Assembly (NCBI GenBank): GCA_002633005.1 | Contig: NMRA01000114.1 | Location: 524,018 to 588,017 of the forward strand | Length of the DNA: 64,000 nucleotides | From: Phoronis australis | Taxonomy: Eukaryota > Animalia > Phoronida | Direction of reading: 5' to 3' | Part shown: positions 51,056 to 64,000 of the stretch, one piece after another | How the letters are laid out: the number at the start of each line of letters is the position of its first letter | Position numbering within the stretch: the stretch's first letter is position 1 | Notes under the pieces: generated by a model | What the model was told of the DNA's origin: nothing | The model's database searches: none | Seen by the model: only the letters and a program-made list of their open reading frames with translations | Made by a program: the position numbers and the translations under genes

Positions 51056-53275
51056 GGTTTTCAGGTGAACTCCAGAGACTCAATGCTTTGACTCCAAACT
51101 TGAGAGTGTGAAAAATAAACTGTCACAGCAAACCTGTCACAAAAAACAGTCACAATACGTCCATCACACAGTCATCAACATGTTCAAGGACCTTGATGAT
51201 AGAGAAGACAAAACTCCAACACTACAAACGTGTTGAAGTCCTTCAGGTCTGAGAACCAGTGTGGTGCAGCATACAATTCACTCTAGCACTCAAGAATGAC
51301 TCCCTCACCCTCACTAGCACCTAGGTAAGTCTTTCATATCCCACATGATATGCAGACACATTTGTACACCTGAACTTAAAAATATGACACATAGCGGCAC
51401 ACTGTCAGATAATCAATCATGTTCTCAGTCCACCAGTACTATTCAACCTCAGGAACTGTATGTATATGCTCAATGACCAAGCTGTCCTTCAAGGCATGTC
51501 ATTATAAGCTTGCCTTCAACAGCCTGCATTCAGGTGCCACATCACACTTTGATACTACATTGTCATGAAATAGGGGTGTTCTACTCTTACTATCTGTCAC
51601 TATCTCAAACTTACTGAATTATTGAAAGTAAAAGCAGCAACAAACAATCTATTAGACACCCAACACCAGATGTCATGGCACAATCACAGTCTGTAAATAT
51701 GATAATTTGGAGTATTCAAAACTTTTGAAGTATGTACACCCCTCTGGTAAGTAGACTAATCCATTTCTGTGCTAGCCATAATTTTATCCAACAGCATGGG
51801 TTGAATGGCTGGGCTAAACTAACATTTAACAATACAGTTCATCTGAAGCTAACTGGGACAAATACAAAGGGGCAGTATTCACAGCCTAACACAAGACACT
51901 AAACTTTTTAAACTTATTATAATACCTTACCTTAGGCTTCATAATAAAAATTGTCAATGATAATAGCCCTCCACTAGTGTTTTACCCTGTTTTAAGAAAC
52001 TGGCATTAAATAATTTATAACAGCTATCTATCAGTATGTTTTTATCTATAGCCAGTGAAAATTCCGTCACGGGTGGGGGCACTTTAGGCACACAGGTAAA
52101 ATAATGCATTTATATAACATTATAATAGAAGCCCCTGTTAAAATTCATTCAGTGCACTTGTAGGATGCACACCTATGAAAGGTGCATTTTCACAACAATT
52201 TCCCTGCGAAACAGTGCCTTCGCTGTGACTAAAACCATCATGATGACACCACACTACCTACAAGTGAGCTTAAGCAAGACTGAAAAACACATCCTAATCA
52301 ATTCGCAAATTAATGCTCGTGGCTCAACCAAAATGTTGAAGAAAACAAGTTAGTGTTTGCTAATTTCTCTGATAATTTGCATTGATTTTAAAAATTCAAA
52401 GACGGCTACTATTTCCTTTCGTTTTTTTACTTTGAAACTCGTACACTTAACAGTTTTGTTGGTTTACAACCACAATTATCTCATCCAGCGAGTTCAGCCA
52501 AGGCCATGAATAGTGACTAGCTCACTTCAAGACAGCGCCAACAAGCCCTTGAGGTGCCGAGGAAGGAATTCCCAGCATACTCTGGGGTAAACAGTGCATG
52601 CTTTCTTGTCCACTTGCGTGCAAATTCTGTAAGCAACTAAGATTTGCCCAATGATTGCGTACAAAGACTCCTTTTTTAGGGGGAGGGGGGAGAACTAAAA
52701 CTCGCAAAAAGGATTATTCCCTAACTTGCAAACTTTCAGAAAAGGAAGAGCTCACACCATAATATGTTTAGTCTACACTTGTCAACATATTTATTGGATC
52801 CTAAATGTTACTGCTTGAAAACAAACTTCCAGTAAGACAATGTTATGGCAACAGGTATATGCTTACAATGAGGCCCCTTTTAGTAACTTTGTAAGCATGT
52901 GGGCACTGAATGGAATGAACTAGGGTGAAATCTTTCCAATTTAGGACGGAGTATGACAGACAAGAAAAATTTCGGCGAGCTAGCACGACTTAAATGTTTG
53001 CAACACATTTACATATTGAGAATGACATATTCATATATAAGAAAAATTTTATTGTTTTCCATTAAGGATACATAGCTCCAAATGAATGCTTTCCATGTAC
53101 AAGCTCTGCTCCATCTCTACCACCTGACAATATTTCGAAAAAATATGACCGTACAACAATGTTAGATGACCTTCAAAACTGAAAACAGGGAAGTCATGGC
53201 AATCATATTCGTCCATGCCAAGAATTGCAAAATCCAACTGCTGCCTGCTGGTTTGGTAATTGGCCCAATTATGTT

Positions 53276-53491
53276 TTTTATAAAAAAATAATTGTAGGCG
53301 GTCTGAAACACGCTGTACCAGACGTGCGCAGGCCTCGCATGTGGGCCCATTGCACTAGTCACCTGGAACTATTTTATGCTTTATTAATATATAGTTAAAA
53401 CTGAGTTGAAGAGCTAGAAACCTGACTCAAGGTCAGCAGTTTGGCCCAGTGGGACTCGAACCCATGACCTCGAGTACAGAAGGCGACCCAC
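53276..53491 (-). mobile_element. tRNA-derived SINE-like insertion with 7-bp TSD
   Basis: Minus strand GAGGTCATGGGTTCGAGTCCCAC (B box); flanked by TTATGTT at 53269 and 53492; the related repeat at about 33457 has a single TTATGTT. Confidence 0.65.
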
Positions 53492-53832
53492 TTATGTTGC
53501 ACACCGAACAGAATTAATGAAAGGCAACATTGTTCAAAAGTTTTAGGCTGTAAAAGTCACATTTCTTATCCAATCTTCAAAATTCAAAAACCTACCCACA
53601 TGTACTTTTCTCAAACTATTCTCAAACTATTTAAAAACTATCAAAATGAAAATTTAAAAAAAAAGTTTTGTTGCCCCCAGTGTATTTATGATGGGTCTGA
53701 TTATCTAGACAATGATACCATCAGCAGCCTGTGGTGTCGACAGGTGATTAATTGCCTACAACAACATGGGACCATAGCAGCAGATTTTCGAGGTACGCAA
53801 ATCGGTCGAGTTGCCCAAGTTTGACCCAGGCA

Positions 53833-55280
53833 GTTATGGTGTCAACGTAACATTCTTTTCACGCCAAAATTGGTCAGATTTTACGGTTTTTCCTCTAATT
53901 CAACACGACACCCGTGCCATTCTATTACTTCAGTAACGACTATTTCGCAGGTGTTCACAGGTACGCAAGATAAGGAGCTTACGTCACATGAATCACTAGC
54001 CCTTCACTCGTGTAATTTATTTTGAATGATCCTACCAAACTTGCAAGGAGCTCGCTCATTTTTTGTTTTCACTGTATAAACCATCATTTAACACATCACT
54101 GTGCCTAAACGTTTGTTAAGTCATTCATTCATTCACAAATTTAACAAATTTTTGTAATCAGTCTTTATTTACCTATCAATACATCATTAAAATAAATGGT
54201 AGAGCACCTCTTTACTTGTATAGCGCACCATATGATCGACAAGTGAAATTCTATTTTATCAAAATTTCCCGACTTTGTCAAATTTCTCCACCAAAATAAA
54301 GATTAAAAACAGTTCAGTCTGATATACGATATTACCATTACGGTTTTGTGCAATGCAGATGTCACCAAACAAAACTTGACAAAACTTGACAAAGTTTCCG
54401 TAATTTACATAAAAAGCAATCAGACTTTGAAAATGAAACTGGATAATTCAGGAACTGTTTCAAGTGGGCAATAAATGGACAATTACCTTAAATTTCATTC
54501 CAGTAATGATCTTCACAAAGCCAGACAGCGCTAACATTAATCACCAGCAGATAGCAATAAATGGCGTGAAAGTAAACACACCAATCAAACATATCAATTT
54601 GTAATTGACAATGAATATGGTGGTATCATTACCTGTTGATGACATCAGGGTTGATGTCCCTTAGAAGGTAATTATTTATTGTAAAATTTCACCACTTTCA
54701 AAAAAACTAGTTACCGCAATTGTTGACTTTTCGATTTTTCAGTGACTTCAAACATTGTTAAATTGTACCTTTAATAATTCTTCAATTTGAGACAAAAATT
54801 GCTATCTGCTGGTGATTATTGTTAGCACTGTCTGGCTTTGTGAAGATCATTACTGGAATGAAATTTAAGGTAATAATCCAGTTCCATTTTCAAAGTCTGA
54901 TTGCTTTTTATGTAAATTACGGAAACTTTGTCAGTTTTGTCAAGTTTTGTTTGGTGACATCTGCATTGCACAAAACCGTAATGGTAATACCGTATATCAG
55001 ACTGAACTGTTTTTAATCTTTATTTTGGTGGAGAAATTTGACAAAGTCGGGAAATTTTGATAAAATAGAATAGTTTGGTAGGATCATTCAAAATAAATTA
55101 CATGAGTGAAGGGCTAGTGATTCATGTGACGTAAGCTCCTTATCTTGCGTACCTGTGAACACCTGCGAAATAGCCGTTACTGAAGTAATAGGATGGCACG
55201 GGTGTCATATTGAATTTGAGGGAAAACTGTAAAATCTGACCAATTTTGGCGTGAAAAGAATCCTACTTTGACACCATAAC
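53833..55280. mobile_element. Foldback-type element with about 480-bp inverted arms
   Basis: 53833-54558 (with an extra about 210 bp at 54041-54248) is the reverse complement of 54798-55280; spacer about 240 bp; no ORF. Confidence 0.85.
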
Positions 55281-56183
55281 CGGAAGAATATCTAGCCTAT
55301 GAAAATAGAAATGATTGCAATATTTCTATTTTCATAAGCTTATCACATCATTGTAAATGCTCAAAATATTACCACATGTTGTTTGGTAATAGCACCGTAC
55401 ACTATACAAACCACACTAAAAGCAAAGTGAATTTTCCGGAAAAGTTACATTTGTTGAGGAATTTGACAAAATGAAATTTTCAATGCTTTTCTCACAAAAG
55501 ATGCAACTATCTCAAAGTTGAATTAATGAAACTATCACCAGTGCTACCTATTGAGCGTGTTTGTGATGATCTTCAAACAAGACTGACGTTTGGCGACCCA
55601 GAAAAGTGTAATACAGGCTCTGTGCACGTGGTCGATTTCATTTCAAAGTTATTGGAAAATTTTAATAATGTACTGTTCGATGAACAGGTCCTGTTTGGGA
55701 TACAAAGGTTGACTACCTACATAGCAATAGAAATAAAGCTATAATTACACCACCCATGCTATGGCCACAGACGGTGATACTACTCATTAAAAATACAAAG
55801 AATAATAGCAAATGCATGTATATATATCTATACTAGCCATTACCTGTGCTTTCGCACGGGGTAGCAGCTAGTGGGAAACGCCGAGGGGAAATAGCTACAC
55901 CTAAGAGTGAACCGATCGAGTGTTCATCGCACTGAGAGACAGGAATAGTCCATTTCTTGAAGAGACCGTGTTCAAAGCTTCAAGCACAATTTCCGTCACT
56001 TGTCAGATTTTAGTAGGCAATTAAGGTGTACGGCTGTGAAATTCTTCCCCTAGGCAGTACAAATTTCTTTCCAGACATTTGACCCTGCCGTAACACAAAG
56101 TACGGTAATCAGATATTCTTCAGTTTAAAGTGAAAACTAAGAATGCATTTCAATATTGTATAGTTCACAAAGTATATAGATGT

Positions 56184-56340
56184 CAGTGGCGGATTTAGAG
56201 GGGGGCCAAGGGGGCAATGCCCCCATAAAATTCACCCAGCTTCCATTTGGCAGTTTGGGGGTGCGAATGTCTGAAGGGCAAAATTCTGGCTAATACTCTA
56301 TTGGTGCCGTCCCCCCAACTCAAAATCCTAGATGCGCTCC
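56184..56340. mobile_element. Short hAT-like MITE
   Basis: CAGTGGCGGATTTAG..CTAGATGCGCTCC termini flanked by TAGATGT direct repeats. Confidence 0.6.
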
Positions 56341-57259
56341 TAGATGTATTTACAAAAGTTGCATTAAAAATGAACATAGCCAGAAATGTAGAAAGCCAGC
56401 TAGATGTATGAAAACTGTCGTCAACATACAGCTAGGTAGCTCCGTTACACATCGAAATTTTACACAACCCAGGTGCTCAGCTTGTCACCTCGTTGTGAAA
56501 CTTATAGAGCTAACAACCTGAAGGGGTGCATGCAGAATCTGGGAATGAATCGACATTCACAGTGCCCGTTACAGCCGTTTATAGAAGTAAACGAAATCAA
56601 ATAAACATTATTTTTCGTAATTCTCTGCCTTTTGTAACAAAGGAAAATCCTGCCGTCGTTTTGAAAACAGTGCAATCTCGTGACATGCGCACGTAAGCGT
56701 CATTTCCCAAAACTTTGCGATATCTCTCGAGAGTATTTTCTGAAATTATTTTTTTGGTATTGAAATAGTAAAAACCTGTAACGAAATGAAACCATTTCCG
56801 CTTGTTATGACATGTACGCAACCTACACAGTTGATTGAAGAACATGGAAATTGGCCTGACAGGTGACGCAGTGGCGCCCAAAGAGCGCATCGCAATTTTA
56901 GCAGCAGAATAACTGAAGAACGCCAATTTTCCAACACCGGGTCAATAATTTAGTGTACTCAAGGAAGAGTAAATGATACCTATTGCTTGTCAATCACAAC
57001 GCTGCAAATTAATAGACATATTCTACTGTTAAAGTATATGTTTTATTTACTACCACGTGTGCACCATCTGTTGGCCGCAACACGCATTGATATGCCACAG
57101 TCTCTAAGGGTGATTTAGTACCATAAAAAGGCCATTAAATGGCACAGAATGTGTCAAAACCCATCTGAATTGAGAAGCTGGCGTTGTCTCTGTAATACAC
57201 AACTATTTCATGAAAATAACCAAAGTAACTCCTACGATATAGAAGCAAAGGTAAAAACC

Positions 57260-57915
57260 AATTGACACTAGGGGGCACTGCTACAGTCCATTTGGTCTGA
57301 CACTCATCATCATGTTGCCACCTCTAAAGGAGCCCCTCTGTCAAATTCCGCAAAGAACATTAGGAGGGTTAAGGACAAGCAGGGTAAAGAAGATACAGCC
57401 GTGGATGCAAAAAAACAAAATCCCCACAACGGGGAGTACCAGAGTGGTGAAACCCTGTCCGAAAATCAACGTCAGCCGCAATCTCATGGTAAGGAAGACA
57501 CCTGCTAATTTTTATGATGATTAATTGAGTGATTTTGCTGATAGAAAGGAAGAGGCCAAAAAATGACCCTGAAAATTTTTTAAAATGGCCACTAGGTGGC
57601 ACACAAGCATCAAAGCCATCCAAAAATGGAAAGATGCTACCGTCTCTTTAATAGAAACCTACATGCCAAATTTCATGAAAATCTATCAAAGAATTACAAA
57701 GACACAGAGGAAACCCTAAAAAAATGAAATTGCTTGTAGGAAGCATAGTGATAGACAGCTTGGTCTAACATTTGTTATCATCCGTGGCCAGCTTCATAAG
57801 GAACACATGTGCCAAATCTCATAAAGATTCTGTGAGGGGTTTAGGAGATACAGCTGTGGATGATGGACGGCCAGACTGACATGCACCCACACATAAATAT
57901 GAGGGTGCATGAAAA
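57260..57915 (-). mobile_element. Second HINE-like element, related to 35897-36730
   Basis: Hairpin ATGCACCCACACATAAATATGAGGGTGCAT next to an A run, GGAC/AGAC microsatellite, CACTAGG(T/G)GGCAC and GCCAAATTTCATGAAAATC repeats. Confidence 0.6.
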
Positions 57916-58095
57916 AGTTTGATTGTGGGAACTTTTATTCGAGCTGGGAAGAGGTAAAGACATAAACGGCCTCCTAAGGTGTCTTTCTATCCACAGAAGA
58001 TAGTAAAGCAACATGACTCTGATGGTTTAACCAGTGTGAGGCATAACTCATCAAAAAGCTTGTGTCGTATGAAGGACCTATGGGATAGCCACTTG

Positions 58096-58446
58096 TTGCA
58101 GTCCCGACGGAAGCCTGCACCAAACCGATTTGGCAGACTTCAATTTGGCACGAGTTGGTGAGCCAAACTGATGCCTGTGCCAAACTGAAGCTACTGTAAG
58201 TTCACAAATTACTGCCAGTGGTTTATGGATTTTTTAACACTTATCAGAACTGAAATTGACAACAATTAGTGATAAGTCATATGGATTAATCACACAGGGG
58301 AAATGTACTGAGAAACTATTATTTTGGTTCTGATAAGCGTTGAAAAATCCATAAACCATTGGTAGCTGCAATTTGGCGCAGGCATCAGTTTGGCTCATCA
58401 ACTCGTGCCAAATCAGTTTGGCGTGGGCATCATTTTGGGTTACAAT
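58096..58446. mobile_element. MITE, same family as 14143-14531
   Basis: Shared TTCAATTTGGCACG.GTTGGTG.GCCAAACTGATGCCTG.GCCAAA and TTATCAGAACTGAAATTGACAA. Confidence 0.75.
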
Positions 58447-58528
58447 ACCACTGTCTGTACATTGGCCAGTCGACACAGTGGTACTGTCTAAAAGGTAATT
58501 ATAACAATGAAACTTACAGGTTTTAATG

Positions 58529-58706
58529 AGTGTGAAGCATAATTTGCCAAAAAGCTTCTGGGGTCAGCTAGAGACGGTGATCACTGATAGTGCTAGGCTA
58601 CCACCGTACTAGACAATTACCATCGTCTCTATCCAGAGTAGACACGATGACGCTCCTATAGGGGCTTCATACGCTGGAAGCGTTTCGGCGAATTATGCCT
58701 CACACT
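58529..58706. mobile_element. Small MITE with about 30-bp inverted ends
   Basis: AGTGTGAAGCATAATTTGCCAAAAAGCTTC versus GAAGCGTTTCGGCGAATTATGCCTCACACT. Confidence 0.55.
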
Positions 58707-59269
58707 GACTAAAAGATCAAAGTCACGTTGTTATAAATACCTTTTGCGCATAGAGGGACACCTTAGAGGTTGTTGTTGTTGTTTAATTCCTTCCAACTCG
58801 AACAAATACTCCCGTTATCAAACTTTTTCTCCGAGCAGTCCTTCATTCAGTTCCCAAAATCGTGAACTCCCCATTTTTACACTGCGCACGCTCTAATTTT
58901 TACCACGCCCACTAGGTGATATCATGTCATGAACTAAACCTTTTAAACAAGCCAAAGGTGAGAAATTGTTAGTATTTGATAAAGATAAATGCTGTTGATA
59001 TGACATTTAGTCGTCTTTGTGCATATATTTGACATTTTAATGTTTAAAAAGTTTTAAGTTAGGTTCGGACGATTCGTTTTCCGAAGTTTATTTGTAACAG
59101 GTAACGGACAAGTTTCTAGTTTTATGCCCTTTATTCTGATGTATTGTTACTAAACGTGTCTGTTCATTGTTAGTTTCGTTCAAAACATTATCTATCTGCC
59201 AATTGATAAATTAAAGTATGATCTCGTAGGAAATCAACTGAAGCATTTCATTGAGTGGTCTATAATTGA

Positions 59270-59564
59270 CCAGTCTCACTTACGATTCCGTCCATTCGAT
59301 CTCCCCATTGCCCGGTAGCTGCCCTAATCTTGCACTTTTCTACTTTTCAGACCTCTCCAGGCCCCCTGTTCCAACACCTCAGTGGATCACCGGTTACTCG
59401 TTCCTGCTTCAACTCCATCTCAACTAAAGTGATTTCCTTTGCAGGCCTCTACACATAGCTTTCGCATTGGCGCGGCCACATCAGCGACCAGCCGTGGCGT
59501 CCCTGAATCGGTGATCCAGCGCATGGGGCGCTGGAAATCTGACGCATTAAAAAACTAAATTCGC
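59270..59564 (+). pseudogene. Tyrosine recombinase C-terminal fragment of a DIRS/Ngaro-type retrotransposon
   Basis: Hand translation: CPVAAL..GPLFQHLSGSPVTRSCF..SFAG [frameshift] STHSFRIGAATSATSRGVPESVIQRMGRWKSDALKN*IR. H-x-x-R and GRW motifs present; stop (59556) where the catalytic Tyr is expected. Confidence 0.85.
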
Positions 59565-60085
59565 ATGTCTGCTTTTTCCTCTTCCCTAGGCTTCCTCAAC
59601 TCCTGGTGAGCCTGTTGTTGCAGCTCCCCATTTCTCTCACTTTGCTTTTCAGCCCCTCCACTGCACTGGGTCTGTGGTTTCAGCCCCCCACCAGGTCAGG
59701 TCTGTTGTTGAAGCCTACCTCCTCCCGTTCGCAGGTCTGTTGTTGCAGCCTGTGGCCAAAGGTCTGTAGTTGCAGGCTTTCAATTTCTAGTCATTAGGTC
59801 TAGTTACCTTTACTTCCATTGTAGCATTTTTCTTCTCGGTTTTTTATATTCTAGTTTTTTTGTATCTTAGCATTTTGTGTTCTAGTTTTCAGGTATGCCG
59901 TTATTAGTACCCATATTTCTTCATAGTCTAACCTTGTTATTGCCCGGGTTATGCTTCCTCGGATGGGCGATGTCAGTATTCCCACACTGCTATTATGGTG
60001 TTTTTTTCCATGCCCATCTCGCAGAGTCTTATTTAGTTTTATCTAGTTACGTCATAATAAATATAGGTTATTACATGGCGAAGTC

Positions 60086-60166
60086 GTTATCCCCCGTTAT
60101 CTAGAGCCCGAGTGGATTTTGGAGAATTCTCCAAAATCCACGAGGGCTCTAGATAAGGGGGATAAC
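60086..60166. repeat. Near-perfect 81-bp palindrome centred on GAATTC
   Basis: GTTATCCCCC(G)TTATCTAGAGCCCGAGTGGATTTTGGA-GAATTC-TCCAAAATCCACGAGGGCTCTAGATAAGGGGGATAAC. Confidence 0.9.
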
Positions 60167-62866
60167 AACTGAGAACAAGTTTTGTGTTCATATTCTGTAC
60201 TTTTTCTTTAGGCCCTTCAGGCAGTTCTTTTGTTTTGATTCCCTCTTTCAGGGCTATTCATTGTACACGCCGATGGGCGTTTTGTTCATGCCCATCTTGC
60301 AGAGTCTTGTTTAGTTCTTTCTATTTACGTCATAATAAATGACATTATTCGCAATCCTCCTCATGTTTTTTCTCTGCAACATAGCTTATGGCGTACCTGT
60401 CACAGTTCTTGCACACCAACGATAATACGGTGATACTGACTTACAAATTAAGATACACGTTAAAACAACTCAGTTCAGTATTAACATTGACAATAAGAGA
60501 TGTTGCATGACTTCCAACAAACCTTTTAAAAAGCCAAAAGGCCTCCTAAGCACATTGAAATACGGAGGCGTAACCCTAGAGACAGCCTTGCGCGAAAACT
60601 TAATAGGTATATTTGCTTCCCCCGCTAAAGACAAAAAAAGTCGGTTTGTGAGAAAGCGCTGTGTTATACTTGTTTTTCTTGTCTCGGGGGAATTGTTAAA
60701 GCTCAAATAAAGCTTAAAGAGCATCTCTTTGAAAAGGCAAAGGATGATAGAATGGAAGAATGAAAAGAAAACAGAAATCAGACGATGATCTACCGGCAAG
60801 AAAAAAAAGAAAGGCACTTTTATGAAAAGTTGTTTGTTTTCTGTAAGCTTCACTACAAGTTTCGTGTTAAATTACAGGCCACTGCATGAATTCCTGTTGA
60901 GGTATTTGGCCTGCCTCAAATGAGAATGAGACCGTGAGACCATGTTTAGGTGAATAAACGCAATGCGCTAGATATTTTTACTGAAATGGGATCCAAAATT
61001 CCTGTGAATGGCAAGATTACAACCAAGCTGTTTCGCTATTTGTGAATGGCATTCGCGACAAAATATATAAGGTAAAGATCATGCGCGCACCCAGGAGGAA
61101 GGGAGGGGGGCCTCGAAGGAGACCCCCCATTTGGCGAAGTGGGCAAAAAGGTCCGCCTCACTAAAACAAGAAGTCCGTGAAAAACATGACAAAAGTCCCC
61201 TAAAAAGGCGAAAACGTACAATTCAGAGTTCAGAACGCGGTACCCACCCTGATTTTTATTTAGTCCTCCTGCTTTTTTGTTAGTACAAGGTCCACATCGT
61301 CAGGCTGGGTGAACGCATGAACATTGAGCTCAAAATTCAGCTGTCCTGTCCGAATTCGTAACTTATCCTTCAATGTCGTGTGAGCAGTGCCACTTGCCTG
61401 TTCTAAACGCCATCTTGTAATTTTGGATACCAACACCCATGGAAATTAAGTGAGGGCATTCAAAAGTTGCAAAAAGGAATTGAGAAAATTGCAATATACT
61501 AGTTGCCATAAGGGCGCTTTCTCTAACCAAGGATACAATGCTCCAAATCATAATGCATGAGATCAAGCAAGAAGTAAAGACCTTGCGAAAAGAAGCGATC
61601 CTTGCAAATGAAGACCTTGCACCTGATTCAATGACCAACTTTACTTGGGAACAGTTGGGTGTTTACAGCTCGAAACTGCCACCCCCATATTGTTACAAAT
61701 ATTCAGGACTGTGTCATATAGAAAACTTGAACCTTGGCCGCTGGTGCCCACCCCTGTTCTCCTTATGCTGCCTTCTGTACAATCGGGACAATCGTCGATC
61801 ATTTAAGTTTTTGTCGAAATGGACCAGCCTACAGCTGTTCGTGCGCGGGCACAGCAACGTGGTGAGTAAACAGAAATTCTCCAATGTGATATTATTTTCA
61901 ATTTTTTTCTGTAGAATTATCAAAAAATGTTTTTCGCATACATGATAAGCCTAATTGAAAATTTCTATTAGGCCTAATGAGCATACCGGCGGACACCTCA
62001 CTATTCTTGTGCTCCTTGGAAAAAGGACGCACACTTTTTCAAGACAATATATCCCTTCTTGAGATAAAAAATCTTAGCTGTAAAAAAATAAACCATTCTC
62101 ATGTCAGCAGTTATTTCAGGACAAAACTAGTGTCATTAACTTTGACATCGGCAAAACCCTCCAATTGTTAAAAATTTGCTCCCAACTTAGCAGACGATGA
62201 TCGCGTACCTGCAATTTAGTAGTAAATTGCCCGCAAAGACTCAGTCGCATGTTGAATCCTCACTCTTTCAGGAAACAAACACAGAACGACCTCACTCTTT
62301 TAGGAAACAAACGCAGAACCACTAATAGATACAGGGATAACGCAAAATCCGTGGCCCTTTTGTATAGTCCCTAATCTTAAAAATTAGCCTTTTTCATTTT
62401 CTAAAACACTCACTGACGAACACATATCATGATCCATGATACTATTCAAACCATACTTCTGGTAGACATAAAACACATGAAAGCTACTTAGATCACACGA
62501 GTATTAGCGAGGCATCGGTGTACCAGATACGAGACCAGTGACTTTACACGCGTTACTACGGCTGTGGAAAATCTGATTTAGTATTTGACGGTCACTTGAT
62601 AGTTAGGTATGTGTATCCAATTCAGAAAATCAGCTATGTATTAGCATCACTGTTTCATGCCTTACTGAACACATTGGCGGATTTGGGGTTACTTTAGTGC
62701 AACAACAATTTTCGAAGAACAGTATGTCAACGTCGTTTAATCTGCCCTTGCATAAATAACGTTCATATATGTACCGAACAGAGATCGTTCTTAATTAAGG
62801 GATAACAAAACCGGTACAATCACCCCGAAATTTCTCTAGCCTTCGCCAAAATTAATTGTTCTTTTA

Positions 62867-62934
62867 TGGGCGGCGCAGCACTAAAAAAAGTGAGGGGGCT
62901 ATAGCCCCACCAGCCCCCTATGGTGCGTCGCCCA
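62867..62934. mobile_element. Very short MITE remnant
   Basis: TGGGCGGCGCAGCA / TGGTGCGTCGCCCA inverted ends with an internal GGGGCTATAGCCCC palindrome. Confidence 0.45.
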
Positions 62935-64000
62935 CGTCTTAACAACACTTTCAAATGTATGACTGGTTCCTGGCAGCACGCAGTGTGTGGGGACTTCAGC
63001 TGTCAAAGTTCGCCGGTAGGACCGCAATTTCTGACCTTTCGCCTCTTTAAAGAATGGGGTCATACCTCTTGGCATGCGCAGAGTGAAAATGGTGAGTTCA
63101 CGATTTTGGGAACTGAATGAGGGACTGCTCAAAGAAAAAGTTAGATAAAGGGAGTATTTGTTCCAGTTGGAAGGAATTAAACACATTGACAACCTCCTAA
63201 GGTATCCCTCTAATAGTCGGTGGGCCAAATCTCATAGCGTTCACCCTTGTGAGTACTTTGGGGGGGCAACCTAGTTTTTTCTATGTGGCTAGATAATATA
63301 ACTAAAAATCAAATTCCAAAAAGTTCCCACGTCTACACTTGCACATTTTTTTAAAAAAAGGTGTTTTTGTTGCACAAAATATGATACATATTCCTGCCAC
63401 TTGATGGCGCTTTTCTAGTGAATTGACCAATCAGAGAGCCAGATTGTATTGTTGTGCTTAGTTACTTCAATATGGCTGCTCCCATGGAATGTGATGTCTG
63501 TATAATTCAAGGTTTATCAAACAGCACAAAATTGTGATGTCAGAGCCTAAAGAAGCTTAGGAAAGCTTCCTGACGAAAGCTGATTGACTGTGGAACTCTG
63601 TAGATCAGTAGATCAAAAAGAAGAAGAGGTGTCACAAACGTTTGTGCAGAAAACAGCTGCATGCCCTGGTAGCCTACACAGTATACTGCTGAGTGCTATA
63701 GACTAGAATACCAAGTGTCAGACCAGAAAATTGAAAGGACATAGAACGGCATAGCAACGTTTCAAGGCACCAACAGTAGTACTAAAGCTGAAGTTGCTGA
63801 AAGTGATACAGATGTTATCCAAGATTTCCCAAGAAAATCAATCACTTCCAAAATCTGAAACACCCAATTAACCTGAACAAGATAGGAACATTCTGAAACA
63901 TGAGTGCATCATTTGTTAGCAGGAAAAGTACATTATGGGCCACATTTCAAGAAAGAGAAAGAAGTATAGCTTTCAAAAACAGGTACGTGTTTTTTAAAAA

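Noticed and set aside
53443-53475. tRNA gene
   Set aside because: Only a T-arm/B box; no A box or cloverleaf, and it lies in a TSD-flanked SINE-like insertion.

Overview
Eukaryotic (animal, most likely a marine invertebrate; species not determinable) AT-rich, intron-containing draft scaffold with N gaps. Genes read by hand from GT-AG junctions: multi-exon CFAP57/WDR65 (minus, continues off the left edge) head-to-head with four-exon ALKBH7 (plus), with an RFX X-box between them; three-exon NDUFB6 (plus) convergent with an intronless CRCP/RPC9 CDS (minus); and two intronless SVOP-like MFS transporters (minus). Five tandem near-identical blocks each abut an N gap and look like uncollapsed haplotypes or contig overlaps; two of them show transposon presence/absence differences. 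The right third is gene-free and holds MITEs, a long foldback element, Helentron-type (HINE) elements, a SINE and a dead tyrosine-recombinase retroelement. The most interesting candidates are a spliced 63-aa single-TM microprotein ORF that may share an mRNA with CRCP, and a frame-preserving 39-nt microexon in CFAP57. All coordinates were counted by eye and no database searches were run.
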